From positions 1 to 64,000 of the forward strand of contig JAVJQW010000058.1 of NCBI GenBank assembly GCA_040218735.1: 64,000 nucleotides of DNA, given 5' to 3'. Below the pieces are notes generated by a model, which did no database searches, was not told the origin of the DNA, and saw only the letters and a program-made list of their open reading frames with translations. Of the stretch, positions 37,363-46,980 are shown piece after piece. Position numbers and translations under genes: made by a program. Origin of the DNA: Deltaproteobacteria bacterium. GTDB lineage: Bacteria; Myxococcota; Kuafuiibacteriia; Kuafuiibacteriales; Kuafuiibacteriaceae. How positions within the stretch are numbered: the stretch's first letter is position 1; every line of letters starts with the position of its first letter.

Positions 37363-39719
37363 ATCAGTGAGACGTCGAACGGGCGTTCCTGACCCGGGCG
37401 AATGAACGTGAGCTTGTGGCGGCTCGCGGCCGAGACTTCGCGCGGCGTGCGCCCGAGTGACAGGCCCCCGCGTTTGACGATCGACCACGGCGAGGACTCG
37501 ACCTGGACCGCCACGCCGTCGTCCTGCACCGCGTAGCGGAGCGTGACCGTGTACGGGAGGTCGGCGCCGCCGAGCGTGATCTTGCCGGTGTCCTTGCGCA
37601 CCGCGAGCGCCGACGGGGAGGTCCCGACGGAGCGCCCGCCGATCTCCACGCTCACGGGGAGGTTCGTCCGCACGGTCAGCGTGCCGATGCGACCCGCGCG
37701 CGCGGGCGGTGGCGGCGGCGGCGGGGCCTCGACGACCTTCTCCGCGGGCGGCGGAGGCGGCGGCGGCGGAGGCGGCGCGTCCTCGACGTCGGGGGCCTTC
37801 TCGACCGCGCGCTTCTTCTTGCGCCGACGTTTCTTCCGACGCTTCTTGCGCTTCTTCTTCTTGGGCGGATCGTCCTCGCCGTCTTCGATCGCCGCTTCCG
37901 GGACCTCGGGATCTTCGGGCTCGTCGATCGCCTTCGGGTCGTCCGTGCCGTCGTCGATCCCCGCGGGCGTCACGTCCGTCGTCTCCGGCGTCTCGGGTTC
38001 GTCGGGCTCGTCCTTCGTCGGCGTGGGCTGGCCTTCGAGCGGCAGCAACGCGACGCCGCGCTTGGTCTCCTTCTTCGGCGCGATGATCGCGCGCGTGACG
38101 AGGAAGCCGGCCACCGTCGTCACCACCAACACCAGCGCGTAGAGGAGGAACCGCCCCGCGTTGGCGCCCGGCGGACGCGGCTGGAGCACACCGGAGTCCT
38201 CGTCGGTCACGTACTCCGGGATCGAGGAAGCAAGCGGCCCCGCCTCTTCGCTGGACGCTTGCGCGCGCTGCAGCTCCTTGGTCGGCGCGAGGTTCGACAT
38301 CTCCGAGGAGATCGGTTCGTCGAACGGCGACGGCCCGACCATCGACGGCGCCGACTGCATCGAACGCATCGGCGGCGCCGGGAACTCCTGGCCGCTCGGC
38401 GTGTGCGACGGGCCCGGCGGGAGGAACGAGCCGGCAACGCTCGACTCCTCCTCGATCGCGACGTCGTCGTCACGCGTGGGCACACGATCCGATCGCGTCG
38501 GACCGTGCGGGAGCGACGAGCTCGGCGGCTGGTACAGCTCCGCGGACATCGGCTCCGGCGTCATCTCGTAGTGTGCGGCGGAGTCCTGGCTCGTCGCGCG
38601 CGACTTCGCGGCGATGCCTTCGAGGTCGCCGGCGATCGTCTCTTCCTCGTCGGGGAAGGGGAGCTGCGCGTTGCTGCTCGGGGCGTCGATCAGATCCGGA
38701 TCGTGCGGCTGGTCGACGGTCTCGGCCATCGACGGCTCGGGCGGCTGCGTGGCCTGGTCGGCCTCGGCGAGCAGGCGGTCTTCCTCCGCGATGTCCCCCT
38801 TGAAGAGGGTGTGCAGGAACGTCGTGAGGTCGGTGGTCGCGGGGCGAACGGCGCCGTCGGAGAACAGGCTCCGCAGCTCGTCGCGCATCTCGATGGCGCT
38901 CTGGTAGCGGTCCTCGGGGCGCTTCGCGAGCGCCTTCATGAGGATGTCGTCCATGGGCCCGGCGTCGACGCGCTTCGCGGACGGGGGGGCGACGTCGTGG
39001 CGTTGGATCGCCTCGAGCGAGAGCACCACGTTCTGCCGGACGAACGGGTTCTCGAGGCAGCACATCTCGTACAGGACGATGCCGAGGCTGAAGATGTCGC
39101 TGCGCCGATCGATCGGATCCGCCGCCGACTGCTCCGGCGACATGTAGACGAACTTGCCCTTGATGGTGCCGGTCGCCGTGTGGACCGAGGTCATCTCGGA
39201 CTTCGCGATGCCGAAGTCGATCAGTTTGAGATCACCGGTGTACGAGATGAGGACGTTGTGCGGGTTGATGTCGCGGTGGACGATGTTCATCGGCCGCCCG
39301 CGGATGTCGCGCGCCTGGTGGGCGTAGCCGAGGCCTTCGCAGAGTTTGATCGCGAGGTCGATCACGTGGGGGAGCGGGAGCATCTCCCCTTCGGCGCGCA
39401 GCTCGTCGATGAGGTCGCGCAGCGACTTGCCGCGCACGTACTCCATGGCGATGTAGTAGTCGCCATCGATCTCCCCCATCTCGTGGATCTGGATGATGTT
39501 GTGGTGGTTGAGGCGCGCGACCAGCTTCGCCTCGGAGAAGAACATGTCGAGGTAGTCCTTCTTGTCGAGGTGATGCGAGAGGATGCGCTTGATGACGAGG
39601 AGCTTCTCGAACCCGGACGGGCCCCGCTGCTTCGCGAGGAAGATCTCGCCCATGCCCCCCGAAGCGAGCTTCCGGAGCAGGACGTATTTCCCGAAAGTTG
39701 AGCGGCTCGCTTGCGCCAC
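37344..39719 (-). CDS. Membrane Ser/Thr protein kinase (N-terminal kinase, TM, PEGA-like C-terminus)
   Basis: LASGGMG, LVIKRI, HRDINPHN, DFG, KGKFVYMSPEQ. Confidence 0.95.
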   Translation of the reverse strand: MAQASRSTFGKYVLLRKLASGGMGEIFLAKQRGPSGFEKLLVIKRILSHHLDKKDYLDMFFSEAKLVARLNHHNIIQIHEMGEIDGDYYIAMEYVRGKSLRDLIDELRAEGEMLPLPHVIDLAIKLCEGLGYAHQARDIRGRPMNIVHRDINPHNVLISYTGDLKLIDFGIAKSEMTSVHTATGTIKGKFVYMSPEQSAADPIDRRSDIFSLGIVLYEMCCLENPFVRQNVVLSLEAIQRHDVAPPSAKRVDAGPMDDILMKALAKRPEDRYQSAIEMRDELRSLFSDGAVRPATTDLTTFLHTLFKGDIAEEDRLLAEADQATQPPEPSMAETVDQPHDPDLIDAPSSNAQLPFPDEEETIAGDLEGIAAKSRATSQDSAAHYEMTPEPMSAELYQPPSSSLPHGPTRSDRVPTRDDDVAIEEESSVAGSFLPPGPSHTPSGQEFPAPPMRSMQSAPSMVGPSPFDEPISSEMSNLAPTKELQRAQASSEEAGPLASSIPEYVTDEDSGVLQPRPPGANAGRFLLYALVLVVTTVAGFLVTRAIIAPKKETKRGVALLPLEGQPTPTKDEPDEPETPETTDVTPAGIDDGTDDPKAIDEPEDPEVPEAAIEDGEDDPPKKKKRKKRRKKRRRKKKRAVEKAPDVEDAPPPPPPPPPPAEKVVEAPPPPPPPARAGRIGTLTVRTNLPVSVEIGGRSVGTSPSALAVRKDTGKITLGGADLPYTVTLRYAVQDDGVAVQVESSPWSIVKRGGLSLGRTPREVSAASRHKLTFIRPGQERPFDVSLIWNPKN

Positions 39720-39973
39720 GTTCAGTCCTTCAATCTAGCAGCGGCGGGGGCCCCCGTCCGGTTCTTGACCCGCCGCTCCCGTACAATCGCCCATCCTGTC
39801 CCACGACCAACGGACAGACGACCGAGATCGGTCTGAAGTCGAGGGCGGAAAGCGGGCGAACCCTCGGTTCTCATGGCCACTGGGTCAAGCGGTTCTTCGT
39901 CGGACCCGCCCGATGTCGGTGGTCCGAGGTGGGGGCTTTTCGACGTGCACCCGTTCGGTTAAGCCCACCGGCG

Positions 39974-40429
39974 ATGCGTCGCCTCGGTGTCCTCCTGCTC
40001 GTGCTGACCGGATTCGCCTGCAAGGGCGACATGACGGAACAGGAGCTCATCGCCGCCAAGGCGGACCAGACCACCCGTCAGCTCATCGCGGGCCTGAACG
40101 CCAAGAACACCACGGTGCTGTCCTCGCTGATCGTCGTGACCAACGCCGAGGGCGGGAAGCCCCGAAAGCTCGAGGCCGCCGAGGCCGAGCAGCTCGTCTA
40201 CCCCCAGCCGCCCTACGAGTACGTCGGTTCGGGCGAGCCGGGCACGATGGTGGTGCGCGACGGCCGCGGCCAAAAACGCGCCGTCCGGCTGATCGTCCTC
40301 GACGACCAGCTCCGCGTCCTCGCGACCCGCGAGAAGTACTCGACCTACACCGCGCGCGAGACCGGCAAGCCGGTCGGGAGCGCCGTGGACGCCGAGGTGG
40401 TGAGCTTCCTCCTCCCCGCGGACCGCTGA
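39974..40429 (+). CDS. Hypothetical lipoprotein
   Basis: MRRLGVLLLVLTGFAC. Confidence 0.7.
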   Translation: MRRLGVLLLVLTGFACKGDMTEQELIAAKADQTTRQLIAGLNAKNTTVLSSLIVVTNAEGGKPRKLEAAEAEQLVYPQPPYEYVGSGEPGTMVVRDGRGQKRAVRLIVLDDQLRVLATREKYSTYTARETGKPVGSAVDAEVVSFLLPADR

Positions 40430-40430
40430 C

Positions 40431-40535
40431 TCCCCCCCTCCCGGTCCCAGTCCCGGTCCCGGTCCCGGTCCGGGTCCCGAACGCTCCCCCCTCCCGGTCC
40501 CGGTCCCAGTCCCGAACGCTCCCCCCTCCACCCCC
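40431..40535. repeat. Intergenic (TCCCGG)n hexamer array with a duplicated GTCCCGAACGCTCCCCCCTCC block
   Basis: Directly visible; strong C/G strand skew. Confidence 0.85.
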
Positions 40536-40585
40536 GATGTGCTCCCCCGGTGCATCTGGCGCCGAGCCCGGCTCCCTGAAATTCT

Positions 40586-41611
40586 TTGCGGACCGTGCGC
40601 GCGTTCTTCGCCTCGCCGTCCCCGTCGCTTCGGATTTCTTTGGTGTTCGTCGCCGCCGCGAGCCTCCTCGCGTGCTCGGGCGCCGAGCCGGCGAGCGACG
40701 ACGTCGTCATCGTCCCGGACCTCGACGTCGACGGCGACGGCCTCGACGACGAGTGGGAGCGTTGGGCCGGCGATTCGACGCAGCTCGATCCCACGCAGCT
40801 CGACACCGACGGCGACGGCACCCCCGACGCCGACGAAGACCCCGACCAGGACGGCCTCACCAACCGCGAGGAGTATGCGCTGTCCACGCTCGACCCGCTC
40901 CCCGCCGCGCTGCCGCCGCACCCGTTCCGCGCGTCGCTCCTGGTGGAGGTCGACGCGATGATCGATCGCCGCGTCGACGACGCCGTCTTCGAGCGCGCCG
41001 CCGCCGCTTACGCGGACGTCGAGATCGACGTGCACTTCTTCCGCGACGAACAGGACGTCGGCGCTTCGGTTTTCGATGGGTCGTTCGAGCAGCGCTGGTC
41101 CGTCCTCGAGGACCACCCCGCGAATTTCGTTGGGGTTCCGATCGAACACATGGCCCACGTGCTCGTCGCCGCGGAGCGCACCGACATCAACGGCCGCGGC
41201 GGTGAAGTCGTCGCGCACGAATCGGACGTCGAGAAGACCGGCGTCATCCTCTACTACGACACCCTCGACGCTCTACACCCGGCCTGCGGCACCGCCGACG
41301 GCGGCCCGATCCTCTTCGAGGACGCCCTCACCGGCACGCTGATCCACGAGCTCGGTCACGCCCTTCAACTCGGCCACGACACACCCCGCGGCGGCGGCGT
41401 GAACCCGTACAACATCATGGCCGTCGCGAGCTCCTGTGAGGCGGCGCTCCAACGCTTCGAGGGGGTCGGCAACGACGACGACACGCGCGGCGCGACGGCC
41501 GCCGTCGCGGAGCCGAGGTTCTCGCGCGCAGCGGCGCAGCTCATCGAGCTCGACAACGTCGTCTCCCGCGACACGTCGGTGCTCTACGAGGGCGTCGGTC
41601 ACGAGATGTGA
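40586..41611 (+). CDS. Zinc metalloprotease lipoprotein (metzincin-like) with TSP3-like repeats
   Basis: Lipobox LLAC; DxDGDG repeats; HELGHALQLGH and downstream NIM Met-turn; start uncertain. Confidence 0.8.
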   Translation: MRTVRAFFASPSPSLRISLVFVAAASLLACSGAEPASDDVVIVPDLDVDGDGLDDEWERWAGDSTQLDPTQLDTDGDGTPDADEDPDQDGLTNREEYALSTLDPLPAALPPHPFRASLLVEVDAMIDRRVDDAVFERAAAAYADVEIDVHFFRDEQDVGASVFDGSFEQRWSVLEDHPANFVGVPIEHMAHVLVAAERTDINGRGGEVVAHESDVEKTGVILYYDTLDALHPACGTADGGPILFEDALTGTLIHELGHALQLGHDTPRGGGVNPYNIMAVASSCEAALQRFEGVGNDDDTRGATAAVAEPRFSRAAAQLIELDNVVSRDTSVLYEGVGHEM

Positions 41612-41612
41612 A

Positions 41613-42221
41613 TCAGCGCAGCGCGACCTGCCCGCCGTCGATCACATGGAACTCGACGCGCCGATCTTCGTCCGAGTGCTCGGCACCGAGCGGCTGCGAC
41701 TCTCCGTAGCCCTTCGCGACCAGCCGCGCGGAGTCCACGCCGTGGGCGACGAGCACGTCACGCACCGCTTCGGCTCGCGCCTGCGACAGCTCCATCATCG
41801 CCCGCTCCTGACCCATGCGCGCGGTGTGGCCCTGGATCTCCACGCGCCGCACGTGCGGGTTGTCGACGAGGAACTCCGCGAGCTGCGCGAGGATCGGGAG
41901 CGACGACGCCTCGATCTGCGACCGCCACGCCTCGAAGACGATGCGCTCGTCGATCTTCACCTGCGCCGCCTCGAGCCGCACCGGCGCCGCGACGACGACG
42001 GGCTCGGGGCGCTCGGCCACCACCGGCTCGGCCGCGGCGATCTCCACCGCGCGCACCGGCGTCGTCGTGCTGTAGTTCGTGTGCGCCGAAGCGTTCCCCG
42101 GCCAGGGGTTGCGGTGGTTCTGGTACGCGTACGAACCGTCGGGGTGTTTGCTGAAGTTCGTCGTCGAGCAAGCGGCGACGAATGCGAACGAGGTGAAGGC
42201 GATTGCGTGCGAGAGGTTCAT
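41613..42221 (-). CDS. OmpA-family lipoprotein
   Basis: VAAC lipobox; IQGHT...LSQARAEAV...GYGESQP...RRVEF. Confidence 0.88.
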   Translation of the reverse strand: MNLSHAIAFTSFAFVAACSTTNFSKHPDGSYAYQNHRNPWPGNASAHTNYSTTTPVRAVEIAAAEPVVAERPEPVVVAAPVRLEAAQVKIDERIVFEAWRSQIEASSLPILAQLAEFLVDNPHVRRVEIQGHTARMGQERAMMELSQARAEAVRDVLVAHGVDSARLVAKGYGESQPLGAEHSDEDRRVEFHVIDGGQVALR

Positions 42222-42250
42222 CGGTTGGGTCTCCTTTTTGGGGTTGAAAG

Positions 42251-43303
42251 CTAGAGCGTCTGCACCGCCGCGTACCCGAAGGCCGCAGCAGCGCACGCCA
42301 GTGAGAGGAGCACCGGCGGCACGACGACGGCCGGCCCGGTGCGGTTCTTGGTCTTCGGTGTCGGTGCGGCGTCGTCCTTGCGCCGCAACTTCGACGGACG
42401 CCGCCGAAGCGACGCTTGCGTGGGGACGCGGAGGAGCTCGAGCGTGCGTTCGAGCTCCTCCGCGAACGTGGCCGCGTCCTTCTGCCGCCCGGCGGGCGAC
42501 GGCTCGAGGGCGCGGTGCACGATTGTGTGGAGCCGATCCGCGACGGCGCTCGGCAAGTCGAAGTGCCCCGCCAGATAGAACGCGTTCACGAACGGATCCG
42601 GCATGTGCATCAGGTTCGCGATCAGCGCCTCTTCGGCGGTGCGCGCGTGCGGCCAGGGTGGCTGGCCGGCCAACAGCTCGAACGCGAGGACGGCCAGCGC
42701 GAACAGGTCGGCGCGCCCGTCGATCCTCGCGCCCGCGATCTGCTCCGGCGCCATGTAGCGCGGCGTTCCGCTCACCGCCCCTCGCGGGGTCAGCTCGACG
42801 CCGGGGCGCTTGGCCACGCCGAAGTCGATCAGCTTCACTTCGCCGTCGTCGGTGAGGAAGACGTTGGCCGGCTTCACGTCGCGGTGAACGACGCCGCGCT
42901 GATGTGTCGCGTGCAGCGCGCGCGCGATGTCGACGAGGATCTCGAGACGACGCTCCAGCGACAGCGCCTCGTCTTTTGCCGCCTCCAGGAGCGAGCGCCC
43001 CTCCAACAACGGCATCGCGAACCACAGGTCGCCGCTCGCTTCACCGTGGTCGATCAGCGCGGGTACGCCGGGGTGCCCAAGGTCGAGGAGGACACGAATC
43101 TCCTCTTCGAAGCGCGCGCGGACCGTCGGCGTCGACCGACTCCGCGGGAGCACCTTCAGCGCGACCCCCTGTCCGTTCGACTTCCGCACGGCGCGGTGGA
43201 CCCGCGCGTGAACACCGTCGTGGATGACCAGCCCGATCGAATAGCCGGGGATCCGCTGTGCGGGGTCCGGGAACGTCGGGAGGTCGGCGGGAGCGTCGCT
43301 CAT
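42251..43303 (-). CDS. Ser/Thr protein kinase with C-terminal hydrophobic anchor
   Basis: VALK, HRDVKPAN, DFG, GTPRYMAPE; degenerate Gly-loop (IHDGVHA). Confidence 0.88.
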   Translation of the reverse strand: MSDAPADLPTFPDPAQRIPGYSIGLVIHDGVHARVHRAVRKSNGQGVALKVLPRSRSTPTVRARFEEEIRVLLDLGHPGVPALIDHGEASGDLWFAMPLLEGRSLLEAAKDEALSLERRLEILVDIARALHATHQRGVVHRDVKPANVFLTDDGEVKLIDFGVAKRPGVELTPRGAVSGTPRYMAPEQIAGARIDGRADLFALAVLAFELLAGQPPWPHARTAEEALIANLMHMPDPFVNAFYLAGHFDLPSAVADRLHTIVHRALEPSPAGRQKDAATFAEELERTLELLRVPTQASLRRRPSKLRRKDDAAPTPKTKNRTGPAVVVPPVLLSLACAAAAFGYAAVQTL

Positions 43304-43317
43304 CGCGGCCCGACGAA

Positions 43318-43333
43318 TCCAATGCGCGTGCCA
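43318..43333 (-). promoter_or_regulatory. Candidate sigma54 promoter TGGCACG-CGCA-TTGGA for the kinase gene
   Basis: Perfect -24 box, correct spacing, -12 reads GG instead of GC. Confidence 0.45.
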
Positions 43334-43516
43334 ACGCCCAACGCGCATCGATCGACGCCCGCTGGCACACTGTGGAACACCCGGGCGTCCCGCGCTTTCA
43401 GCCGTGGCACACCCTGGGACACGGACGAGGCATGTCCCCGCTTCGAATCTCGGAGGCGTCCACGGCGTCTGATTGACCGCATGGCCCCCGCTCGCGTACT
43501 CCGCGCCCTGCAATCG

Positions 43517-43900
43517 ATGGTGATTCGGCGCGTGCTGCTCGTCGACGACGACGAAGACATCCGGACCATCGGCGCCATGGCCCTTCGGGAAGTGGCGAGA
43601 TTCGAGGTCCTCGCGGTCGACTCCGGTCAGGCCGCCTGCGAAGCGCTCGAGGGCTTTCGACCCGACGTCGTGCTCCTCGACGTCATGATGCCCGTGCTCG
43701 ACGGCCCCCAGACCCTCGCCGCGATTCGGGCGCTCCCCACCGGCCGCGATGTCCCGGCCGTCTTCGTCACCGCGAAGGTTCGCGGCGGTGAAGTCCAAGA
43801 CCTGCTCGCCGCCGGCGCCGTCGGTGTGATCACGAAGCCCTTCGATCCGATGACGCTCGGGCAACAGGTGCAGGACCTGGTGGACAGGAGCGCGACGTGA
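43517..43900 (+). CDS. Single-domain response regulator
   Basis: VLLVDDD, LLDVMMP, FVTA, KPF. Confidence 0.92.
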   Translation: MVIRRVLLVDDDEDIRTIGAMALREVARFEVLAVDSGQAACEALEGFRPDVVLLDVMMPVLDGPQTLAAIRALPTGRDVPAVFVTAKVRGGEVQDLLAAGAVGVITKPFDPMTLGQQVQDLVDRSAT

Positions 43901-45099
43901 CCAACGCGCCGCGCGCGCACGAGCAAGAGCGCCTCGACGCGCTCCGCGCGCTCGAGATCCTCGACACCCCGCCCGAGGAGGCCTTCGACACCCTCGTCGA
44001 TCTCGCGCAGCGCATCACCGCGTGCCCGATCGCCCTCGTGTCACTCGTCGACGATGGGCGCCAGTGGTTCAAGGCGCGCGTGGGTCTCGACGTCGAAGCG
44101 ACGCCGCGCGAGGTGTCGTTCTGTCGCTACGTCGTCGAGTCGGACGAGGAGCTCGTCGTCCCGGACGCAAACGACGATCCGAGGTTCACCGCACGGCACC
44201 CCCTCGTCGCCGGCCCGCCGAACGTTCGCTTCTACGCGGGCTTCCCGCTCCGCACCGAGGCCCGCTACGTGGTCGGGACGCTCTGCGTGATCGATCGTGT
44301 CCCGCGCACGTTGACCGAGAGCGAGCTCGGCTCGATGCGGTCGCTCGCGAGGCAAGCATCACTCGTCCTCGAACACCGCCGCGCGCTCTTCGAGATCGAC
44401 AACCGCGCGCGCGTCGAGGCGCGGATCGTCGCGATGCTCACCCACGAGCTGCGCACGCCCCTCACTTCGATTCAGGCCTCGCTCCGCATGCTCAGCAGCG
44501 GCGTGGGCGGTGAGGTCGACGACCGCGCGAAGGACATGCTCCGCCTCGCCGACCGCAACGCCCAACGGCTCGGTCGACTCGTCGACGACTTCCTGGAGCT
44601 GTCGAAGATCGCCGCGGACAAACTCGTCCTCGACCGGACGAACGTGGATCTCACCGCGTTGTTGGACGAGGCGATCACCGCGGACGCTCCCTACGCCGAG
44701 CGTCACAACGTCGAGCTCGGGCGCGAGGGCACAAACGTGCCGTGCACGGTGCTGGTCGACGCCCACCGCATCCGGCAGGTCCTCGACAACCTCGTCTCGA
44801 ACGCGTGTAAGTTCGCGACGAAGTCCGTGACCGTCGGTCTCCTCGATGACGGGGAGACCGGGTTCTTCGTCCGCGACGACGGCCCCGGCATCGCGCCGGA
44901 GTTTCGCGACGAGCTGTTCGGTCGCTTCACACAGCACGGGGGTAGCAAGGGCGGGAGCGGCCTCGGGCTCCACGTCGCGATGCGCATCGTCAACCTGCAC
45001 GGCGGCGCGATCGACTTCGTATGCCCGGAGTCCGGGGGCACGATCTTTCGGGTGTCGCTCCCGCGCGGCGCGGCGTCAACCGACGCGGACGAGCGGTAA
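43897..45099 (+). CDS. GAF-domain sensor histidine kinase
   Basis: RFYAGFPL GAF motif; HELRTPL, NLVSNACKF, DDGPGI, GSGLGL. Confidence 0.93.
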   Translation: MTNAPRAHEQERLDALRALEILDTPPEEAFDTLVDLAQRITACPIALVSLVDDGRQWFKARVGLDVEATPREVSFCRYVVESDEELVVPDANDDPRFTARHPLVAGPPNVRFYAGFPLRTEARYVVGTLCVIDRVPRTLTESELGSMRSLARQASLVLEHRRALFEIDNRARVEARIVAMLTHELRTPLTSIQASLRMLSSGVGGEVDDRAKDMLRLADRNAQRLGRLVDDFLELSKIAADKLVLDRTNVDLTALLDEAITADAPYAERHNVELGREGTNVPCTVLVDAHRIRQVLDNLVSNACKFATKSVTVGLLDDGETGFFVRDDGPGIAPEFRDELFGRFTQHGGSKGGSGLGLHVAMRIVNLHGGAIDFVCPESGGTIFRVSLPRGAASTDADER

Positions 45100-46614
45100 C
45101 TCGAAGAAGAAGGTCGACCCTTCGGCGCCCGCCTTGCGGTCCAGGCCGATGTCGCCCCCGTGCGCTTCGATCACCTGCTTGGCGATCGCGAGGCCGATGC
45201 CGAGCCCTTCGCCCGTTCGACGATCCGACGAGTCGACCTGCTCGAACGGCTCGAAGATCCGCACCGAGTCCTCGATGCTCACCCCCGGCCCTTCGTCCGC
45301 GACCTCCACGCGCGCTCGCGTCGCCGATGAACGCACGGTGACCACGACCGCCGCGCCCACCGGGCCGTGTTTGATCGCGTTGACCACGAGCTGCGAGATG
45401 ACCTGCTCGATGCGCGGGCGATCCGCGTTGACGATGACCGAGTCACCGGCGTCGACGTGCAGCTCCACCGAGCGTGCGGCGGCGGTCGACTTCGACGCTT
45501 CGACGGCGTTCTCGACCATGGCGGTGAGATCCTCGTTGGTGCGTTCGTGCTCCGGGTGCGGCGTCGCGTCCGGCTTCAGGTCCAGGACCCCCTCGATCAT
45601 GGTGTCGAGGCGCTTCACGTTGCGCTCCGCCATCGCGATCAACTCTTCGCTGCGCTCGGACGACAGGGACCCTTGGAGCCCCCGCAGCAACGAAACCGCA
45701 CCACGAACCGAGGCGAGCGGCGTTCGAAGCTCGTGGGAGATCACCGCGACGAACTCTTGTTTCTTGCGCTCGACCTCGCGGCGCGCGGTCACGTCGCGGA
45801 CGGCGTAGAGCCGCTCGATCTCGTCGACGTCCGAGAGCGTGAATCGTTCCAGCTCGTACCAGCGCCCGCTCGGGAAGCTCACCTCGCGTACGGGCTCGTC
45901 CGTCCCGCCTTCGAAGAACGGGGCGAGCACCCGCCGAATGTCCTGCCCGTCGAGCGGCCCCTCCGAAGTCGCGAGTTGGGCCATCGAGTCGTTCGCAAAC
46001 ACGATGCGGTCGCGCCGGTCCACGAACGCGAGCGCGAGCCCCACGTTCTCCACCAACAGCTCCAGCCGCTCCCGTGCGAAGCGCTCCCGCACCACCGTGC
46101 GTTCGCTGGACGCGCGCCACGCGAGGCTCAACGCGAGGACGACGCCGACCATCACGATGCGCCCGAGCATCAGCTCGGTCCCCGTGGCGACGAACTCCGG
46201 CGTCATCGGCGCGAGCCGCTGCGAGACGTGGACGCCCGCGATGGCGAGCGCCACGACGACCGCCCACGCCGTCGCCGAGAAGTTGGAGTCGAAGTAGCCG
46301 GCCACGACCGGCACGACCGCGAGGAACCACAGGGACATCGCATCGCCCTGGCCCGAAAGTAGGGACGCTGCGACCAGCGCCACCGTCGAGACGCCGACCA
46401 CCAGGTGCGTCGCGAGGCGCGTGCGTACGTCGGGCGCGCCGCGCGACCACAACAACGGGAGCCCACTCAGCACCGCCGCGGCCACGTCGATGCCGACGGT
46501 TCGCCATCGCTCCTGAACCGCGTACTGCGCCGCGAACACGAGCCACGCGACGATGGCGATCAAGGTGAGCCACTTGAACCGTTGCGCGAGGTCGGACTCG
46601 GCCGGGGCGTTCAC
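45076..46614 (-). CDS. Membrane PAS-like sensor histidine kinase
   Basis: About 5 TM helices; HELRTPL, NAIKH, DEGPGV, GLGIGL; GTG start overlaps the Hpt gene stop. Confidence 0.9.
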   Translation of the reverse strand: MNAPAESDLAQRFKWLTLIAIVAWLVFAAQYAVQERWRTVGIDVAAAVLSGLPLLWSRGAPDVRTRLATHLVVGVSTVALVAASLLSGQGDAMSLWFLAVVPVVAGYFDSNFSATAWAVVVALAIAGVHVSQRLAPMTPEFVATGTELMLGRIVMVGVVLALSLAWRASSERTVVRERFARERLELLVENVGLALAFVDRRDRIVFANDSMAQLATSEGPLDGQDIRRVLAPFFEGGTDEPVREVSFPSGRWYELERFTLSDVDEIERLYAVRDVTARREVERKKQEFVAVISHELRTPLASVRGAVSLLRGLQGSLSSERSEELIAMAERNVKRLDTMIEGVLDLKPDATPHPEHERTNEDLTAMVENAVEASKSTAAARSVELHVDAGDSVIVNADRPRIEQVISQLVVNAIKHGPVGAAVVVTVRSSATRARVEVADEGPGVSIEDSVRIFEPFEQVDSSDRRTGEGLGIGLAIAKQVIEAHGGDIGLDRKAGAEGSTFFFELPLVRVG

Positions 46615-46931
46615 GGGGCGGCCTCGCGGTGCGCTTCGTCGATCGCCTCGAGGAGCTTCTCGAGCGCGTCGGCGCTCGGGGTCGGCGCGTCCGAGTGGAG
46701 TGTCTCCTCCAGCGCGCGGAACCGTACGGAGAGCTCCGTCAGCCCGATCGTCCCCGAGGAGCCCACCAGGCGGTGCGCGATGCGGTGCGCCTCGACGCGG
46801 GCCTGGGGGGTGTCGGGGGCCTGTGCGATCAACGGTCGGAGTGATTCGAGCGTCTCGCTCAGCCGGTCCGCGAAGCGGCGCCGCAGCTCGGCCATGCGTT
46901 GTTCGAAGACCTCGCGATCCTGCGCCGGCAC
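46611..46931 (-). CDS. Stand-alone Hpt domain protein
   Basis: AHRIAHRLVGSSGTIG motif; alternative ATG at 46895. Confidence 0.85.
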   Translation of the reverse strand: MPAQDREVFEQRMAELRRRFADRLSETLESLRPLIAQAPDTPQARVEAHRIAHRLVGSSGTIGLTELSVRFRALEETLHSDAPTPSADALEKLLEAIDEAHREAAP

Positions 46932-46980
46932 GCCTCTGCATTAGCAGTCACCTCGGGGTCGGGCAATTCGGTGTCGTCGG

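Noticed and set aside
39765-39787. sigma70 promoter TTGACC...TACAAT
   Set aside because: Spacer is only 11 bp.
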